Shown here: positions 36,118 to 37,233 of the stretch, piece by piece
Layout of the letters: each line of letters begins with the position of its first letter
Position numbering within the stretch: the stretch's first letter is position 1
Source of the DNA: a virus
Lineage: Duplodnaviria > Caudoviricetes
DNA: 37,233 nt
Virus record (IMG/VR): IMGVR_UViG_3300012352_000349
Coordinates: 1 to 37,233 of that record
Reading direction: 5' to 3' (one strand)
The notes under the pieces: model-generated
What the model saw: only the letters and a program-made list of their open reading frames with translations
What the model was told of the DNA's origin: nothing
Databases searched by the model: none
Translations under genes and position numbers: made by a program

Positions 36118-36585
36118 ATGGCATACTACCCGAATAACCCGAATGGACAACAGACAATGGCAAATAGTGCTCCTGTTGTTATTGCATCCAATCAAAGTAC
36201 ATTACCTGTTGATATAATATATCCATCTAATGGGTGGAGGCAATTCAATGCAACTACAACACAAACAGGTGCAACAATATGGACACCTGCAACAGGTGCA
36301 AAGATTGGTATATATTATCTTGCAATATCAACATACGCTACAACTGCAGCAAGAGTTATACTTTGGTTCGGTGCAACTGCAGACACTACATATACTGCAG
36401 GTACAGACCAACTTGTATTTGCAGGAAGTTTCGCCCCAACGACAACATCAAAACCGGGAGCAATCATACAACCATCAATCCCCATACAGGCATTGACTGC
36501 AGATTTTTCTTTGAAGGTTACAACAGATGCTGCAATATCAATTGATATAACTGCTTATGGATATGAATCGGGAGGTGTATTCTAA
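36118..36585 (+). CDS. Virion / tail fibre-associated protein
   Basis: 155-aa T/A-rich beta protein following the fibre gene. Confidence 0.65.
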   Translation: MAYYPNNPNGQQTMANSAPVVIASNQSTLPVDIIYPSNGWRQFNATTTQTGATIWTPATGAKIGIYYLAISTYATTAARVILWFGATADTTYTAGTDQLVFAGSFAPTTTSKPGAIIQPSIPIQALTADFSLKVTTDAAISIDITAYGYESGGVF

Positions 36586-37233
36586 TGGCTACAAGATTAT
36601 ATTTTCATAATGCGACAAGTACATTGGCAGGTACATTCCCATCTACAGAGCAAAGTACTGCAACTGCAAACGTAACTGCGACAGGTGCAATTACAATGAG
36701 GGTGATGAATACGTTAATTGGAACAGGACAAACTTCAGTTAACATAACTACATCTGCAAGTACAAATATTCGTAGTAATTTTTTAAGAACATTTTGTAGT
36801 CCTCCATTGCAAGGAACACAAGTCGTTGGTGGTGGTAATATTATTTTGAATACTGCAGACCAAGAGAGTAATACATCTGCTAACTTTTGGGTAAATGCAT
36901 TAAACATATATGTATGGAGACCGAGCACAGGAGTTCGTGTAGGCACAATAAGAGATGCAGGTGGTACATCATTAGGAGGTAGTGAACCTACTGCAGCAAA
37001 TAGTATGCAGGTAACTCATATTACAGGCATCACAACAAGTGCAGTTACTGCACAAAATGGTGATGTGATTATTGCAGAGATATGGACAAGGACAACACAA
37101 TCAAATGCGACTGCATACACTTGTATCTTTCAATATGATGGTACTACCGTGAACACCACAGAGAATGCGGTCGTCACGAATCATGCATCATTTGTAGAGT
37201 TAACTGAAAATTTAGTTTTCGGAACAGGAGCAG
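36585..37233 (+). CDS. Virion / tail fibre-associated protein (~230 aa; continues to position 99)
   Basis: TAATG-coupled ATG at 36585 (MATRLYFHN...), open to the window end and through the junction; missed by the ORF track. Confidence 0.8.
   Translation, partial: MATRLYFHNATSTLAGTFPSTEQSTATANVTATGAITMRVMNTLIGTGQTSVNITTSASTNIRSNFLRTFCSPPLQGTQVVGGGNIILNTADQESNTSANFWVNALNIYVWRPSTGVRVGTIRDAGGTSLGGSEPTAANSMQVTHITGITTSAVTAQNGDVIIAEIWTRTTQSNATAYTCIFQYDGTTVNTTENAVVTNHASFVELTENLVFGTGA
37179..37233. repeat. Terminal direct repeat (right copy)
   Basis: Identical to 1-55. Confidence 0.95.

Noticed and set aside
15718-36545. Alternative-frame + strand ORFs (15718-15948, 17690-17872, 25859-26083, 30114-30398, 36230-36496, 36234-36545)
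   Set aside because: Fully nested in conserved genes, with no convincing start context or protein features.
23602-36946. Many minus-strand ORFs in the structural region (e.g. 24760-25257, 27517-28131, 29932-30282, 36605-36946)
   Set aside because: Antisense shadows of well-supported + strand genes, with no motifs of their own.
1-37233. Alternative genetic code (stop codon reassignment)
   Set aside because: Conserved genes are full length under the standard bacterial code, and TAA, TAG and TGA all end genes.

Overview
The window is an apparently complete, circularly assembled ~37.2-kb AT-rich dsDNA tailed phage genome, probably a siphovirus. Bases 1-55 are identical to 37179-37233, and one gene runs in frame across the junction. 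All credible genes are on the + strand. A Bacteroidota host is inferred from TAnnTTTG promoter boxes, a boxA-like GTTCTTTGA and A-rich, Shine-Dalgarno-less start regions. Gene order: non-coding control region with a long structured leader (764-1511); small early genes; recombination and replication genes (DUF932, Rad52-like SSAP, SSB, DnaA-C-like HTH, initiator with iterons); VRR-NUC; a phage sigma factor; lysis; HNH; a ParB / DpdA-like / DpdL-like / glycosyltransferase / unknown / QueD / QueE / FolE 7-deazaguanine cluster with no QueC, directly abutting the terminase; an XRE cassette; then tail, tape measure, protease, scaffold, capsid, tail tube, portal, neck and tail fibre genes. I recognised no integrase, DNA polymerase, tRNA or CRISPR array. 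Best candidates for new biology: (1) a QueC-less deazaguanine pathway with an embedded glycosyltransferase and an unknown protein, possibly making an undescribed glycosylated base; (2) a three-hairpin kissing-loop RNA system bracketing the replication operon; (3) a ~430-nt multi-helix RNA in the early leader; (4) a duplicated 26-nt pseudoknot-like element. All calls come from reading motifs by eye; no searches or folding programs were run.
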